In this document: piece after piece, positions 25,712 to 37,372 of the stretch
Layout: each line of letters starts with the position of its first letter
Position numbering within the stretch: position 1 is the first letter of the stretch
Assembly: GCA_964016885.1 (NCBI GenBank)
Contig: OZ024743.1
Location: 46,562,001-46,626,000, forward strand
DNA length: 64,000 nt
From: Eledone cirrhosa
Taxonomy: Eukaryota
Direction of reading: 5' to 3'
Notes under the pieces: model-generated
What the model saw: the letters and a program-made list of their open reading frames with translations, nothing else
Told to the model about the DNA's origin: nothing
Database searches by the model: none
Program-made: the position numbers and the translations under genes

Positions 25712-26027
25712 TGACGTTATTATTGTTAATTTTACTGATGTAGTATTAACTTGGATACTTACCATGCGACCCTCAGTTCCTACCTCACAATTTCCCTCCC
25801 CCCCACCCCCACACACCACCATAGTCTATTCGACCAATCAAACCTAGCATGCCATTTCCACTGCTGCTGCTGCTACTACCTGCCTAACTAACTCTCTCCT
25901 CCTCTGGCGCATCCCAACACACCCTGCCATTACCCCACCACCACTGTCCTTCTAGCCCTCAATTTTCCCACCGTTATGGATGGATGAGCTGGGAATACAC
26001 GAGCAACTCTGAATCAATAGATGAAAT

Positions 26028-29000
26028 ATGAATCTGCGAGCTACCAAGCACCCACGTGAAGCGCCAACCCAGAGACCCTCCCCTACGAGTGTCGACAAAT
26101 GCCCAAAACTCCGAGTTGGTACCATCAATGTAGGCTCAATGAAAGGAAGAGCAGGAGAAATCGTAGAAATGCTAGAGCGAAAGGAAGTTGATGTATGCTG
26201 TGTGCAAGAGACTAGATGGAGAGGAGGGTCTGCTAGAGTCCTTGTAGGAAAAAGCCAGTGCTACAAATTTTTCTGGGTGGGAAATGACGATGGGATGGGT
26301 GGTGTAGGTATACTATTAGCTGACAAGTGGGTAGATAAAGTAATCTCAGTGTACAGGGTAAATGCAAGAATCATTAAACTCAGACTAGTCCTGAATAAGA
26401 CAATTACCACAATAATATCAGCTTACGCACCCCAATCGGGGCTGCCAGACGAACTTAAGGATAGGTTTTACGAGTCCCTAATACACACTACTGCTCTAAC
26501 AGACGACAAGGACTTCCTAATCATTGCAGGAGATTTTAACGGACACGTAGGTAAACACTGCGACGGCTTCAATAGAGTACATGGAGGCCATGGAGTTGGC
26601 ACAAGGAATGAGGAAGGATTCAGACTTCTAGAATTCTGCGACGCCAATGACATGTCGATATGTAACACAAACTTTAAAAAACCCGACAACCACCTGATCA
26701 CCTATAGATCAGGGGAGCACTCTAGTCAGTTAGATTTTATTCTCATCAGAGGACGTGACAGATGGACGGTCGTAAACACAAAAGCCTTCCCTAGTGAGGA
26801 ATGTACATCCCAACATAGTTTAGTTGTCAGCGACCTCACGGTCAGAACTAGACGAGCCCTGAAACAGAGGCCAACCTGGAGAAGAAAGATCTGGAAGCTG
26901 AAAGTCCCCTCAACCAGTAACAGATTTAAAGATATTTTACTCAACGCCTACGACAGTAAAGAAGAACAGATAGAGACATTTAACGTAGAAGAGAACTGGG
27001 AGTTCCTAAAAAATAACTTACTAGAGGCGACGGATGAGGTTTGTGGCTGGAGTAAGACCTCAAGCAGGAGGAGAGTGACTTGGTGGTGGAACAATAAGGT
27101 AGATGAAGCAGTCAAGGCCAAGAGACAGACATGGAAAGAATGGAAGAACGGGGGGAGCAGGGTACATTACATAGAGACCAAGAGGGAAGCTAGGCGACAA
27201 GTATACTTAGCTAGGAGGGAAGCAGAGGATAGAAAATTCAAGCATGTTTTACAACGTGAGGACCAGAAACAGGAGGTATTCAAGATTGCGAGGCAGTGTG
27301 TCAGAGATAGTTGTGATGTCATTGGAGAGAAGTGTATCCGGAATGATAAAGGTGAGCTTGCCCTCACAAGTGCTGAGAAGAAAGATGCATGGAAGAGTCA
27401 TTATGATAGATTACTAAATGAGGAGAATGCATGGGAAGAAGAGACCCTACCCCACGTAGACCCTATAGAGGGACCAGCAGTACAAGTCAGCGGCAGCGTA
27501 GTAAGTAAGGCAATCAGAGATATGAAGATAGGGAAGGCAACCGGTCCATCGGGTATAGCTGCCGAGATGCTGAAGGCATCTGGGTCTGTAGGTCACACTA
27601 TAACCACACGTATCGTTAACCAGGTAATACTAGAGGGGGCCATACCAAAAGATTGGTGCAGTAGCATCATTGTCAACTGCTACAAAGGTAAAGGCGATGC
27701 ACTAGATAGAGGAAACTATAGAGGTATAAAGTTGATGGACCAGGTCATGAAAGTAACAGAAAGAGTTATAGCACAGCTGATTAGGGACCGGGTGAATATA
27801 GACGAGATGCAATTTGGGTTTGTTCCAGGGAAAGGCACCACTGATGCGCTCTTCCTTGTGAGGCAATTACAGGAAAAGTACCTAGCTAAAAGTAAGCCAC
27901 TCTACTTGGCATTTGTCGACCTTGAGAAAGCCTTTGACAGAGTTCCACATGCAGTAATCTGGTGGGCTCTTAGAAAACTAGGAGTAGATGAATGGCTTGT
28001 GAAAGCGGTACAAGCCATGTATAGGGGAGCAGTCAGCAAAGTTAGGATTGGCAATGAGTATAGCGAGGAATTTAGCGTACAGGTTGGGGTCCACCAGGGC
28101 TCTGTTCTTAGCCCTCTCCTGTTCATCATAGTCCTGCAGGCAATAACGGAGGAGTTTAAGACCGGATGCCCATGGGAACTCCTGTATGCTGATGACCTCG
28201 CACTCATAGCTGAATCTATGGTAGAACTAGAGAATAAATTCCAAACCTGGAAGCAGGGACTAGAGAGAAAGGGCCTCAAAGTCAACATGACAAAGACTAA
28301 GGTCCTTATAAGTAGACGAGAAAACAGAACCCAGATCCCCTCAGGGAAATGGCCTTGCTCAGTATGTAGGAAAGGTGTAGGTAGGAACTCCATTCTTTGC
28401 CCCAAATGCAAACAATGGGTACACAAGAGATGTAGCGGGATCTCAGGAAGCTTAATTAAGAATGTAGGATTCACATGCAGCAGCTGTGCTGAAACAGCAA
28501 GCAAACAGCCACAGGAAACAAGTACCACCAATCTCTGGGAGGGCCCTGTAGAAACAGTAGACAGCTTCTGCTACCTAGGTGACCGAATTAGCAACGGAGG
28601 TGGGTGCTCAGAAAGTACAATAACTAGGGTAAGAACGGGATGGAAGAAGTTTAGGGAACTACTACCACTGCTAGCTGCAAAAGGCTTCTCCCTCAGAATG
28701 AAAGGCAGACTGTATGATGCGTGTATCCGAACAGCGATGTTGCATGGTAGTGAGACCTGGGCGCTGAAGGTGGAAGACTTACGTAGATTAGAGAGAAACG
28801 AAGCCTGCATGCTCCGATGGATGTGTAACAGTAATATACGTGAACGACAAAGCATAAATGAATTGAGAGAGAGACTGAGCATAAGAGGAATCAAATGCTG
28901 CGTGCAGGAGAGGCGGTTACGCTGGTATGGACATGTGATGCGTATGGAGGATGACAGCTGCATAAAAAGGTGCAGAGCACTAGAAGTTGATGGAAACCGC

Positions 29001-29147
29001 GGAGTGGGGAGACCCAAGATGACTTGGGATGAGGTGATAAAAGCCGACCTTACCCAACTACACCTCTCAAAGTCAATGACACACGACCGTGACTTCTGGC
29101 GTCACGCAGTAATACAGGGTACCCGACCTCCCATGGGTACATGCTGA
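26028..29147 (+). CDS. RTE ORF: APE endonuclease + reverse transcriptase with C4HC3 PHD-like insert, 1039 aa
   Basis: GTINVGSM, VQETRW, SAYAPQ, AGDFNGHVG, SQLDFIL, SQHSLV (APE); QFGF, FVDLEKAFD, GVHQGSVLSP, YADD, YLG (RT); no stops. Confidence 0.96.
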   Translation: MNLRATKHPREAPTQRPSPTSVDKCPKLRVGTINVGSMKGRAGEIVEMLERKEVDVCCVQETRWRGGSARVLVGKSQCYKFFWVGNDDGMGGVGILLADKWVDKVISVYRVNARIIKLRLVLNKTITTIISAYAPQSGLPDELKDRFYESLIHTTALTDDKDFLIIAGDFNGHVGKHCDGFNRVHGGHGVGTRNEEGFRLLEFCDANDMSICNTNFKKPDNHLITYRSGEHSSQLDFILIRGRDRWTVVNTKAFPSEECTSQHSLVVSDLTVRTRRALKQRPTWRRKIWKLKVPSTSNRFKDILLNAYDSKEEQIETFNVEENWEFLKNNLLEATDEVCGWSKTSSRRRVTWWWNNKVDEAVKAKRQTWKEWKNGGSRVHYIETKREARRQVYLARREAEDRKFKHVLQREDQKQEVFKIARQCVRDSCDVIGEKCIRNDKGELALTSAEKKDAWKSHYDRLLNEENAWEEETLPHVDPIEGPAVQVSGSVVSKAIRDMKIGKATGPSGIAAEMLKASGSVGHTITTRIVNQVILEGAIPKDWCSSIIVNCYKGKGDALDRGNYRGIKLMDQVMKVTERVIAQLIRDRVNIDEMQFGFVPGKGTTDALFLVRQLQEKYLAKSKPLYLAFVDLEKAFDRVPHAVIWWALRKLGVDEWLVKAVQAMYRGAVSKVRIGNEYSEEFSVQVGVHQGSVLSPLLFIIVLQAITEEFKTGCPWELLYADDLALIAESMVELENKFQTWKQGLERKGLKVNMTKTKVLISRRENRTQIPSGKWPCSVCRKGVGRNSILCPKCKQWVHKRCSGISGSLIKNVGFTCSSCAETASKQPQETSTTNLWEGPVETVDSFCYLGDRISNGGGCSESTITRVRTGWKKFRELLPLLAAKGFSLRMKGRLYDACIRTAMLHGSETWALKVEDLRRLERNEACMLRWMCNSNIRERQSINELRERLSIRGIKCCVQERRLRWYGHVMRMEDDSCIKRCRALEVDGNRGVGRPKMTWDEVIKADLTQLHLSKSMTHDRDFWRHAVIQGTRPPMGTC

Positions 29148-29559
29148 AGCATATAAACAATATGCCCCCCCCCCCCCCACCGCAAGGTGGTCGTGGAGGT
29201 GCCACGGCAAAAAAGCACCCAGCCCACACTGTAAAGTGGACGTGTAGGCGCCACGAAAAAGCACCCAGCACTCACTGTAAATGAGGTTGGTGTTAGGAAG
29301 GGCATCCAGCTGTAGAAATCAAGCCAGATCAGTTCCTGTATGAGCAAGGCATGGTCAGCCGACCAGACACTGCCCACAACAGGACAACCCGTCTAACCCA
29401 TGCTAGCGTGGAAGAACGGACGTAAAACGGTGATGATGATGATGATGATGATATATGCTGCAGGATATACTAAAGTAGGTTACCTACTCTGTCTTGTTTC
29501 ATATATACTAGTTTCTCATTTAACCCACATCAGGTTGAAAAGGCTTTGACATATGACAG

Positions 29560-30050
29560 AAACACTGTGACTTATGTCAAGTCCAAGATTTCTAATTATG
29601 GCTGGAGAATAATTGGAATTCTAGCACATCTATATGGTTTCCTCATTTGACTTTCTGTTGAGGTGGTATATGCCAGTGTTTAAATCTATTTTTATGTCTA
29701 GAAAGTTAACTATTATTCAGTTAGTGCTAATGGAGATATTTAAATCAAATTTATTAAATATATGTATCAGATTCTTTCTAAGTCTGTCCATCATGCGGCC
29801 AGTCATGTACAAGATAAACCTGTCACCTACTGTCAGGAGCCATGATGTTTACTGCACTATCTGAAGGCATCTAGAATGAACATTTCCACACAATTATTTC
29901 AACTCCATCACAATTAACAATGAAGATGGTGAAAAAAAAAATTAGAAATATTATCCCTTTACCATTGTTAAAGACAATTTCTTTTGGCAACTTCTACTAA
30001 TGAGGCATCTCTATGCCAGTTAATCATTAAAAGTGCTACCAAGCATCTAA
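29560..30050 (-). mobile_element. Decayed Penelope-like RT fragment
   Basis: RLRKNLIHIFNKFDLNISIST..VNFLDIKIDLNTG..RKSNE..SNYSPAIIRNL; boundaries approximate. Confidence 0.65.
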
Positions 30051-30132
30051 CCCAGTCAATCACATGTCAGATCTGAATTCTTAGCATAAATGATAGCAGC
30101 AAATAATTGTGTGTGTGTGTGTGCACGTGCAT

Positions 30133-30990
30133 ATCATCATCATTTAGTGACCATTTTCCATAGCTAGCATGGATAAAACAGGCTGTCCCGTTGTGAGACA
30201 TCCCAGTCAGAGGACCGTGTTTTGCTCACACGGAACTGATTTTGGCTTAGTTTCTATGGCTGGATGTCCTTCCTAACACCAACCACATTTACAGTGTGTA
30301 CTGGGGGCATTTTGTCATGACACCTACACGACCACTTTACAGTGTGGGCTGGGCACTTTTTGTCATGTCACCAACACGACCACTTTACAGTGGGCTGGAT
30401 GTTTGTTGTCGTGGCTTCAGGATGACCACATTATGGTGTAGATTGAGTACTAGGGTGGGGGAAATGCATGGGGAATTAAGGAGGTAGATATAGGGTTGGG
30501 GTGATTACAGCGAGGGAGGTGTATGGGAGGGAAGGCGATGCATACTAGATGTATGCCTCAGCTCCTGCATATGGAAGGGCGAGTCTTCTGTATTACTGCA
30601 TAGCACCAGAGATCACGGTCATGTGTCATCGCCTTTGAGAGGTGCAATTGTGCAAGCTCAGCTTTTATCATATCTTCCTAGGCCTGCTCACTCCATAGCT
30701 TCCATCAACTTTGAGCGCTCTGCACTTTTTATGCAGCTATCATCCTTCATATGCATCACATGTCTATACCAACACCATCTCCTCTCCTTCACACTGCATC
30801 TGATCCCTCTTATGCCTAATTTCTCACATAGTTCATTTATGCTTTGCATATCCATCGAAGCGTGGAGGCTTCGTTCCTTTCTAATCTTCGCAGGTCCTCT
30901 GCATACAGTGCCCAGGTCTTGCTACTGTGCAACATTGTTGTTCGTATACATGCATCGAACAATCTGCCTTTCATTTTGAGGGGAAAACCT
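30133..30990 (-). mobile_element. Decayed 3' fragment of the RTE family
   Basis: Reverse complement of RTE ORF end and 3' UTR, with indels and a (GAT)n tail. Confidence 0.85.
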
Positions 30991-31904
30991 TATACATATA
31001 TGTTACATCCACTTTTCATGCAGGCATGAGTTGGACGAGTTGTCACAATTTGAGGCTTGATTGGTTTCAACTCTCATCTTGTACGTACATTCCATTTTTT
31101 GGCATGATTTCTACAGCTGGATGTCTTTCTGAACAATTTACAGAGTGCACTGGGTGCTTTTTTTTTATCATTTCCCATTGTTGTGTGGATAGGTGCAAGA
31201 ACAGCTGTATGCTTAAGAAATTTACTATGCAACCATATAATTTCAGGTTCTCTCCAACTGCATGGTACATTGGGCAAATTGCTTTTACTAAATTCTCAGG
31301 CTGACCAATGCCTTGTAAGTAAATTTGGTAAACAGAGCAAATGCTTGCTCTGTGCCTGTGAGTGTGTGTGCAGACAGGGATACTTGCTTATGCTCCGTAG
31401 CTTGGCGAGTGAAGTACCTTACTTTGAAAACAATTGTTGGCATTAGAAAAGGAAAACAGCCATAGAACAAATACTGCTGCAAAAATTCCCCATCAAACCC
31501 ATGCTAGCGTGCAAAAGTTCATATGGAAATGATGATGAAAGTGATACATTAAGGTTAGTGTTGTTATGTAGTAATTACCAAGAAGCATTTAAAGATAAAA
31601 TATGCTAGAATCAAATTTATTATATGTAGGGTTTAGTGTCATTTCAAGTTCTGTTTGTCATGAGACAGATGAAACAAAGTCAGTCAACTCTTTTATATAT
31701 ACAGATATATCTGTATATACACACACACAGACACACATGTGCACAAAATTATATAGACACATCACACACAGATGTAAATATATCTAAATACATTAGCAGC
31801 ACACACTCCTTAGAAGTCATCAATTTGCAGAAGCATGAGGTGTCTCAGAAACATAGATATTTTGATTATGCACAAAATTGTTTCTGGGTTTTATTTATAT
31901 AAAA

Positions 31905-32090
31905 AGGCTCCCAGTCCACACTGTAAATGTGGTTGGTGTTAGGAAGGGCATCCAGCCATAGAAAACCTGCCAGAAACAGTCCTGTACGAGTAAAACACGG
32001 TCACCCGACCAATCTTGCCTCAAGTAGAACAAACCCGTCCAACCCATGCTAGCATGGAAGATGGACGTTAAACGATGATGATGTTGATGA
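31905..32090 (+). mobile_element. Solo RTE 3'-UTR/tail fragment (similar at ~36550-36857)
   Basis: ccagtccacactgtaaatgtggttggtgttaggaagggcatcc...ggacgttaaacgatgatg. Confidence 0.85.
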
Positions 32091-32816
32091 TAACATCACC
32101 ATCATATTACATCAACGCTAGCATAGGTCTTTACAGTCCAAGTATGGTTCTTATTTGGAGTTGTTGTCTTCTTAGATTGGTTAGATGACTTATCTTCCTT
32201 ATAGTTTTCATCTTATAGTTTCAATGGCTGGATAACCTTCCTAACACTAACCACCATATTTACTCATGTATGTCACACCTATATTTTATATAAATTTACA
32301 ATGTGTCATATATTCATGTATACAAACTCATATACATGTAGGTTCAAGGATGACTGTATGGTAACTACATGGTTTCAGGCTTGATCCCACCACAATAACG
32401 CATGAGAGAGTTTCATAGTGTTAGTGCTAGTGTGTGTGTGTATGTGAATGCAAGCATACCTCCATGTATACCCACACTCTGTACCTGATGCTGTTGCACA
32501 TGCATGATGTTTGTTTATGTCCTGTATAAACAATATGTCCTACACCTTAATGATTCCACATGCAAATATCTGTACATTACTGGGAATATAAGTATAGAAA
32601 AAGGTGCCATCCAACACATGCCTTGAATGGAAAAATACAAAAAACAATGATGATTGCCATCGCCTATAACCCTTTATACTATTCACTGTCTGAGTAAGGA
32701 GCGAAAGTATTCAGTCTGTCCATATTATTATCACTCTGGTTACGTCTAACCATCAACACTACCACTAACATCTAACTCCAGCCATAACAGTATAATGAAG
32801 GATGGCATAAAAATCA

Positions 32817-33005
32817 GGCGGTGGATTGGCAGAATCAGTAAAGGGTTGGAAACCATGCTTTGATGCATAGAGGTACGGTCCTTGCCATTCTGAGTTCAAA
32901 TCCCGTTGAGGTGAACTTTGTCTTTCATCCTTACGGGGTCGATAAAATAAAGTACCAGTAATACACTTGGTAATTGCTGGTCTTGTGCTAAAAATAGAAA
33001 CAAAT
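32817..33005 (+). mobile_element. tRNA-derived SINE with Deu/Nin-like core (other copies ~45730-45955 minus, ~46185-46300 minus, ~61780-62020 plus)
   Basis: GAGTTCAAATCC B box followed by GAGGTGAACTTTGTCTTTCATCCTTACGGGGTCGATAAAATAAAGTACCAG. Confidence 0.75.
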
Positions 33006-33743
33006 ATTCAGTACTGTCACTTTCTACCATTAACAATCATTCTCTCTCTTTCTCTCCATCTCCTATGAACCTGACTGTTATCCATCACTCATTCTACCTT
33101 CACCTATGACACATCTTTACTGCTATCCCATTACATTGCTCATGCCGTTTTCTACACAACATCTAGTGTGTAGCTACCACTATTGCCTATTATTTTATTG
33201 CCCCCTTTTAAAGGCACATTCACACTCACTCTTCTTTCAACCACATAGTCATCACTCTCCTTATCATCACATTCTGTTATATTTTCCTTGAAAGAATAAC
33301 TACAGAAAGCAAAAAAGTGAGACCCTGTTTTAAGTGTTGGTGTCACAATAAAATGCACTTCGTACACTCTGTGAAGTGACAGGTGATAGCACTGAGACAA
33401 CAATGTAGGATATAAAAGGCTCAGTTTTGTCAAGAATATGACAACTTTTATAATGCTGCTGCCATGACAAACGGCACCTAGTACAATCTGCTAAGTGGTT
33501 GGTGTTATGAGGGCCATCTAAGTGTAGTAATTATGCTAAATATAGGATGTAAAATAGGGACTGTGGAGGATGGCTGTAACTCTGAATAACAGGTGACTCA
33601 GATCACGAGAGATCCAACCCGTGATAGTATGGAAAGTAGATAAAACAAATAATGTGTGTGTGTGTAAACATAAACACACAAATATATGTACACGTGTGTG
33701 TGTGTATATATATGTATATATATATATACACACACACAAATAT

Positions 33744-33829
33744 GAGGTATCAAAACATATCAAATATGTTTGATTTTTGTGGTTCTCAATAAAAAAAAAT
33801 CTCAATTGACTTTGTCCAAAGCTATAATT

Positions 33830-33886
<57 letters not shown>

Positions 33887-34146
33887 CCATATATCCAAGA
33901 GAATACAGTATATTGTATATATACAAAGTACATATTTCAAAGAAAAATATTTACTCCAGATGGATTTTCTTTGAAATATGTACTTTGTATATATACATTA
34001 TACTGTGTATTCTCTTGGATATATGGCCCTTTCTCTCTCTCTCTCTCTCTTAATTTTGAATTATTATAGCTTTCGACAAAGTCTATTGAGATTCTTTTTA
34101 TTGAGAACCACAAAAATCAAACATATTTGATATGTTTTGTTACCTC
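33744..34146. repeat. Foldback D, ~400-bp imperfect palindrome with internal (AG)n/(CT)n
   Basis: Reverse-complementary arms around a loop at ~33947-33964; flanked by TA/CA repeats. Confidence 0.9.
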
Positions 34147-34407
34147 GTGTGTGTGTACACATAGTCCTTTCTTTCTTTTAATTTTGAATGATATATACAC
34201 ACACACACACACGTACACGTACACATTGATACATATATACATCATCATTTTAATGTCTGCTTTTCCATGCTGGCTGGCTGGCTGGCGCACGCGCGCACAC
34301 ACGTTCTGAAGAGATTGTTTTGGTAAAAGCAGGAGCAAGCAGGAGAAAGCTCTCAACATTCGTAGTTTGTAGTTACGATGGAGATTCAGTATAATAATAA
34401 CATTAAT

Positions 34408-34727
34408 AAAGATGCTGATGTTACAAAAATCATTTATTCATTATAATTATTTCAACGGTTCTCCCATGTAATCAAGATGTAATTAATGCATTTGTTGTTG
34501 TTATGAAAACGGTATCCTCAGATGAAATTCGATTTTCTGATATGCTGCTAGCAGGGGGGAAAAAAAGATCACATGTACTTCTGCTAGCAGCATATCACAA
34601 AATTGAATTTCATCTGAGGATACCGTTCTCATAACAACAACAAATGCATGAATTACATCTTGATTGCATGGGAGAACTGTTGAAATAATAATAATGAATA
34701 AACAATTTTTGTAACATCAGCATCTTT
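34408..34727. repeat. Foldback E, ~320-bp imperfect palindrome, loop ~34555-34580
   Basis: aaagatgctgatgttacaaaaat...tgctgctagcag / ctgctagcagca...atttttgtaacatcagcatcttt. Confidence 0.92.
34437..34526 (-). ncRNA. Type I hammerhead ribozyme with long stem II loop (mirror copy 34609-34698 on plus strand)
   Basis: ttcat-CTGAGGA-t accgttttc...gagaaccgt t-GAA-ATAATTAT-A-atgaa: 5-bp stem I, palindromic stem III, AUA triplet. Confidence 0.72.
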
Positions 34728-34758
34728 GTTGTTGTTGTAGAGAGAGAGAGAAAGAGGG

Positions 34759-35231
34759 GGGCACATGGCTTAGTGGTTAGAGCATTGGCCTTGCAATCGA
34801 AAGGTTGTGAGTTCAATTCTCAGACCAGGTGATGTGTTGTTTCCTTGAGCAAGACACTTTATTTCACATTGCTCCAGTTTACTCAGCTGTAAAAATGAGA
34901 TGATAGGGACTGGGCTCCATATCATTCCACTGCAAAGTGGCCGTGGAGGTGTGACGCATGTGAAGTTATGTTGGTACCACAACATCCAGTCCGAAACAAA
35001 TGAGGTGTAGGTGTCACGACAAAAAAAAACACACAGTCCACGCTGTAATGTGACCGTGTAGGTAACACGGTAAAAACCTCCCAGTCCACACTGTAAACGT
35101 GGTTGGTGTTAGGAAGGGCATCCAGTCGTAGAAAACCCGCCAGACAGTCCTATACGAGCAGGACAACAAATCTTGCCTCAAGTGGGAAAACTCCCGTCCA
35201 AACCCATGCAAGCGTGGAAGATGGACGTTAA

Positions 35232-35278
<47 letters not shown>
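34759..35278 (+). mobile_element. tRNA/Meta-core SINE carrying the RTE subfamily-B 3' UTR
   Basis: Same head and core as the 17617 and 46916 SINEs; from ~34958 it matches 52115-52410 and 19705-20005; long (GAT)n tail. Confidence 0.9.
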
Positions 35279-35389
35279 ACACACCTTATGTTATAAGATG
35301 TTAACTTACCAGGGTTGTGTATGCAATCAATAAATGATGATGCAATTGGATTTAAATGTAAGTTGGTAGTTCATACACACACCAAGTTG

Positions 35390-36520
35390 TGACAAAAGTT
35401 TTTTTCAGATTTTCCGTGATGAATTTTGGCAACTTGTATCTCCCATGTTATATCATTAATTTGATACAACTTGTCCAATCATTTCTGGATTGTTTATTCT
35501 TTATTTTCATATATAACATATAAACATTAATTGTTTATTCTTTATTTTACAGCTTTGATAATGAGTGGTGAAATAACTGCACTGAGTGCAAAGGCAATGG
35601 CAAAAGAAATTAATGTGGAAGGCCCAAGAACTCTCAATGAACATGTGACACAACACTGGTTCAGACATTTCAAGGAAGGTGACACCAGCCTCAAAGACAT
35701 ACCAAGGCCATAGAGATCTGTTGTGGAAGATGAAGCCTTGCTTAAAATGGTTGAACAACAGCCAAGCACAAGCATTTGTACATTATTGGTGGAACTTAGT
35801 CTTCACAAAGCCCTATAAATCGACAACTGTATAAACATGGCCTTGTGAGCAGACGCTGTTGAGAAGTTCCTCATGAACTGACAGCTGCAAAAAACTGCTG
35901 GTAAATCCTTGAGATATTCGTTTTCGAAACAAATTGTAACTTGGGATAGAAAATGGATACATTTACATAATCTTAATAAGGGAAATCAATGACTGAGTTC
36001 TGACCAAGCTTCAGAAACTTGTCAAACAAGGGCAGTTTGAACAGAAGATCGTGCTGTGTGAATTTTAAGGGTGTGTTCTACTTTGAACTTGTCCTAGATG
36101 GTCCTTCTATGAACACAGACCTTTATGCTCAACAATTACAGCGAGTATATAATGCTTTGAAAGCCCACTACACACCATTGGTCAATCAAAGACGCGCACT
36201 CCTCCAGCATGACAATACCCCAGTGCATACTGGCAATATGGCCAGACATGGACTTGAGGGGCTAGAAGAGCTGCCTCACATTTCTTACAGTCCAGACCTT
36301 GCACCATCAGATCACCATTTTTTCTGAGCTATGGCTCATTTCCTACATGGACATGGGTTCAGCAATGAGAATTAGGTTGAAAAATGTCTTTTGCTCTAAA
36401 CTAGCCAAATGGTATAAGTGTGAAACTGAGCTTCTGACACAACAATGGCAACACACAATAGAATATGAGAGGAGATATTTTGATGAATCAACACTTTTCC
36501 CATGTAATTTGCTTGAACTA
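35390..36520 (+). mobile_element. Decayed mariner (DD34D) transposon
   Basis: QHWFRHFKEGDTSLKDIPR, IVTWDRKWI, LLQHDNTPVH, HISYSPDLAPSDHHFF; stops and frameshifts; TIRs not recognised. Confidence 0.87.
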
Positions 36521-36805
36521 TCAATTAAAGCTTGAAAAACCTAGTCAGTAGGCACCTCTTAACCCAGTATACACTCCACCCCCACACCCTACCCCATCCT
36601 CCCATTTCTGTCCACTGTGTCGGTGACACATCAAAAAGCACCCAGTCCACACTGTAAAAGTAGCTGGTGTTAGGAAGGGCATTCAGCCATAGAAAACCTG
36701 CCAGAGAAACTTCCGTACGAGCGAAACACGATCTTCCGACCAATCCCGCATCAAATGGAACAAAATCGTCTAACCCATGCTAGTGTGGAAGATGGATGTT
36801 AAATA

Positions 36806-36939
<134 letters not shown>

Positions 36940-37323
36940 CACACACGCACATATATACATACACACCCACACATACATATATTTATATATAAACATATGT
37001 ATGTATATATAAACATATATAGATAGATAGATATACACATAAATACACACACACACATATATACATATACATATATATATACATATACATATACATATAT
37101 ACACACACATATCTATGTATATATTCAACAATATTTGTATTATATGTAAATATAATATTTTACATCAGCTTTTTGTGTGTGCGTGTGTGTATATTATGCA
37201 CACAATTATATATATACACACACACGCCCACATACATCTGTTAGTGTGTACTTATCTAATCATATAATATCAATTTCACATCTGCATTTCCATGCTAGCT
37301 TGAAAAAACAGATATAAAATGAT

Positions 37324-37324
<1 letters not shown>

Positions 37325-37372
<48 letters not shown>

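Larger units (their letters stand above)
25417..29452 (+). mobile_element. Apparently full-length RTE-clade LINE (subfamily A), ~4.0 kb
   Basis: 5' monomers, single intact ORF, 3' UTR shared with local SINEs, (GAT)n tail. Confidence 0.93.

Noticed and set aside
27902-29017. Antisense ORFs within RTE copies (209 aa, 148 aa; also 18604-19419 and 51038-51472)
   Set aside because: Shadow frames of the RT coding strand with no recognisable domains
34759-34830. tRNA gene
   Set aside because: tRNA-like A/B boxes are the head of a multi-copy SINE, followed by core and LINE tail
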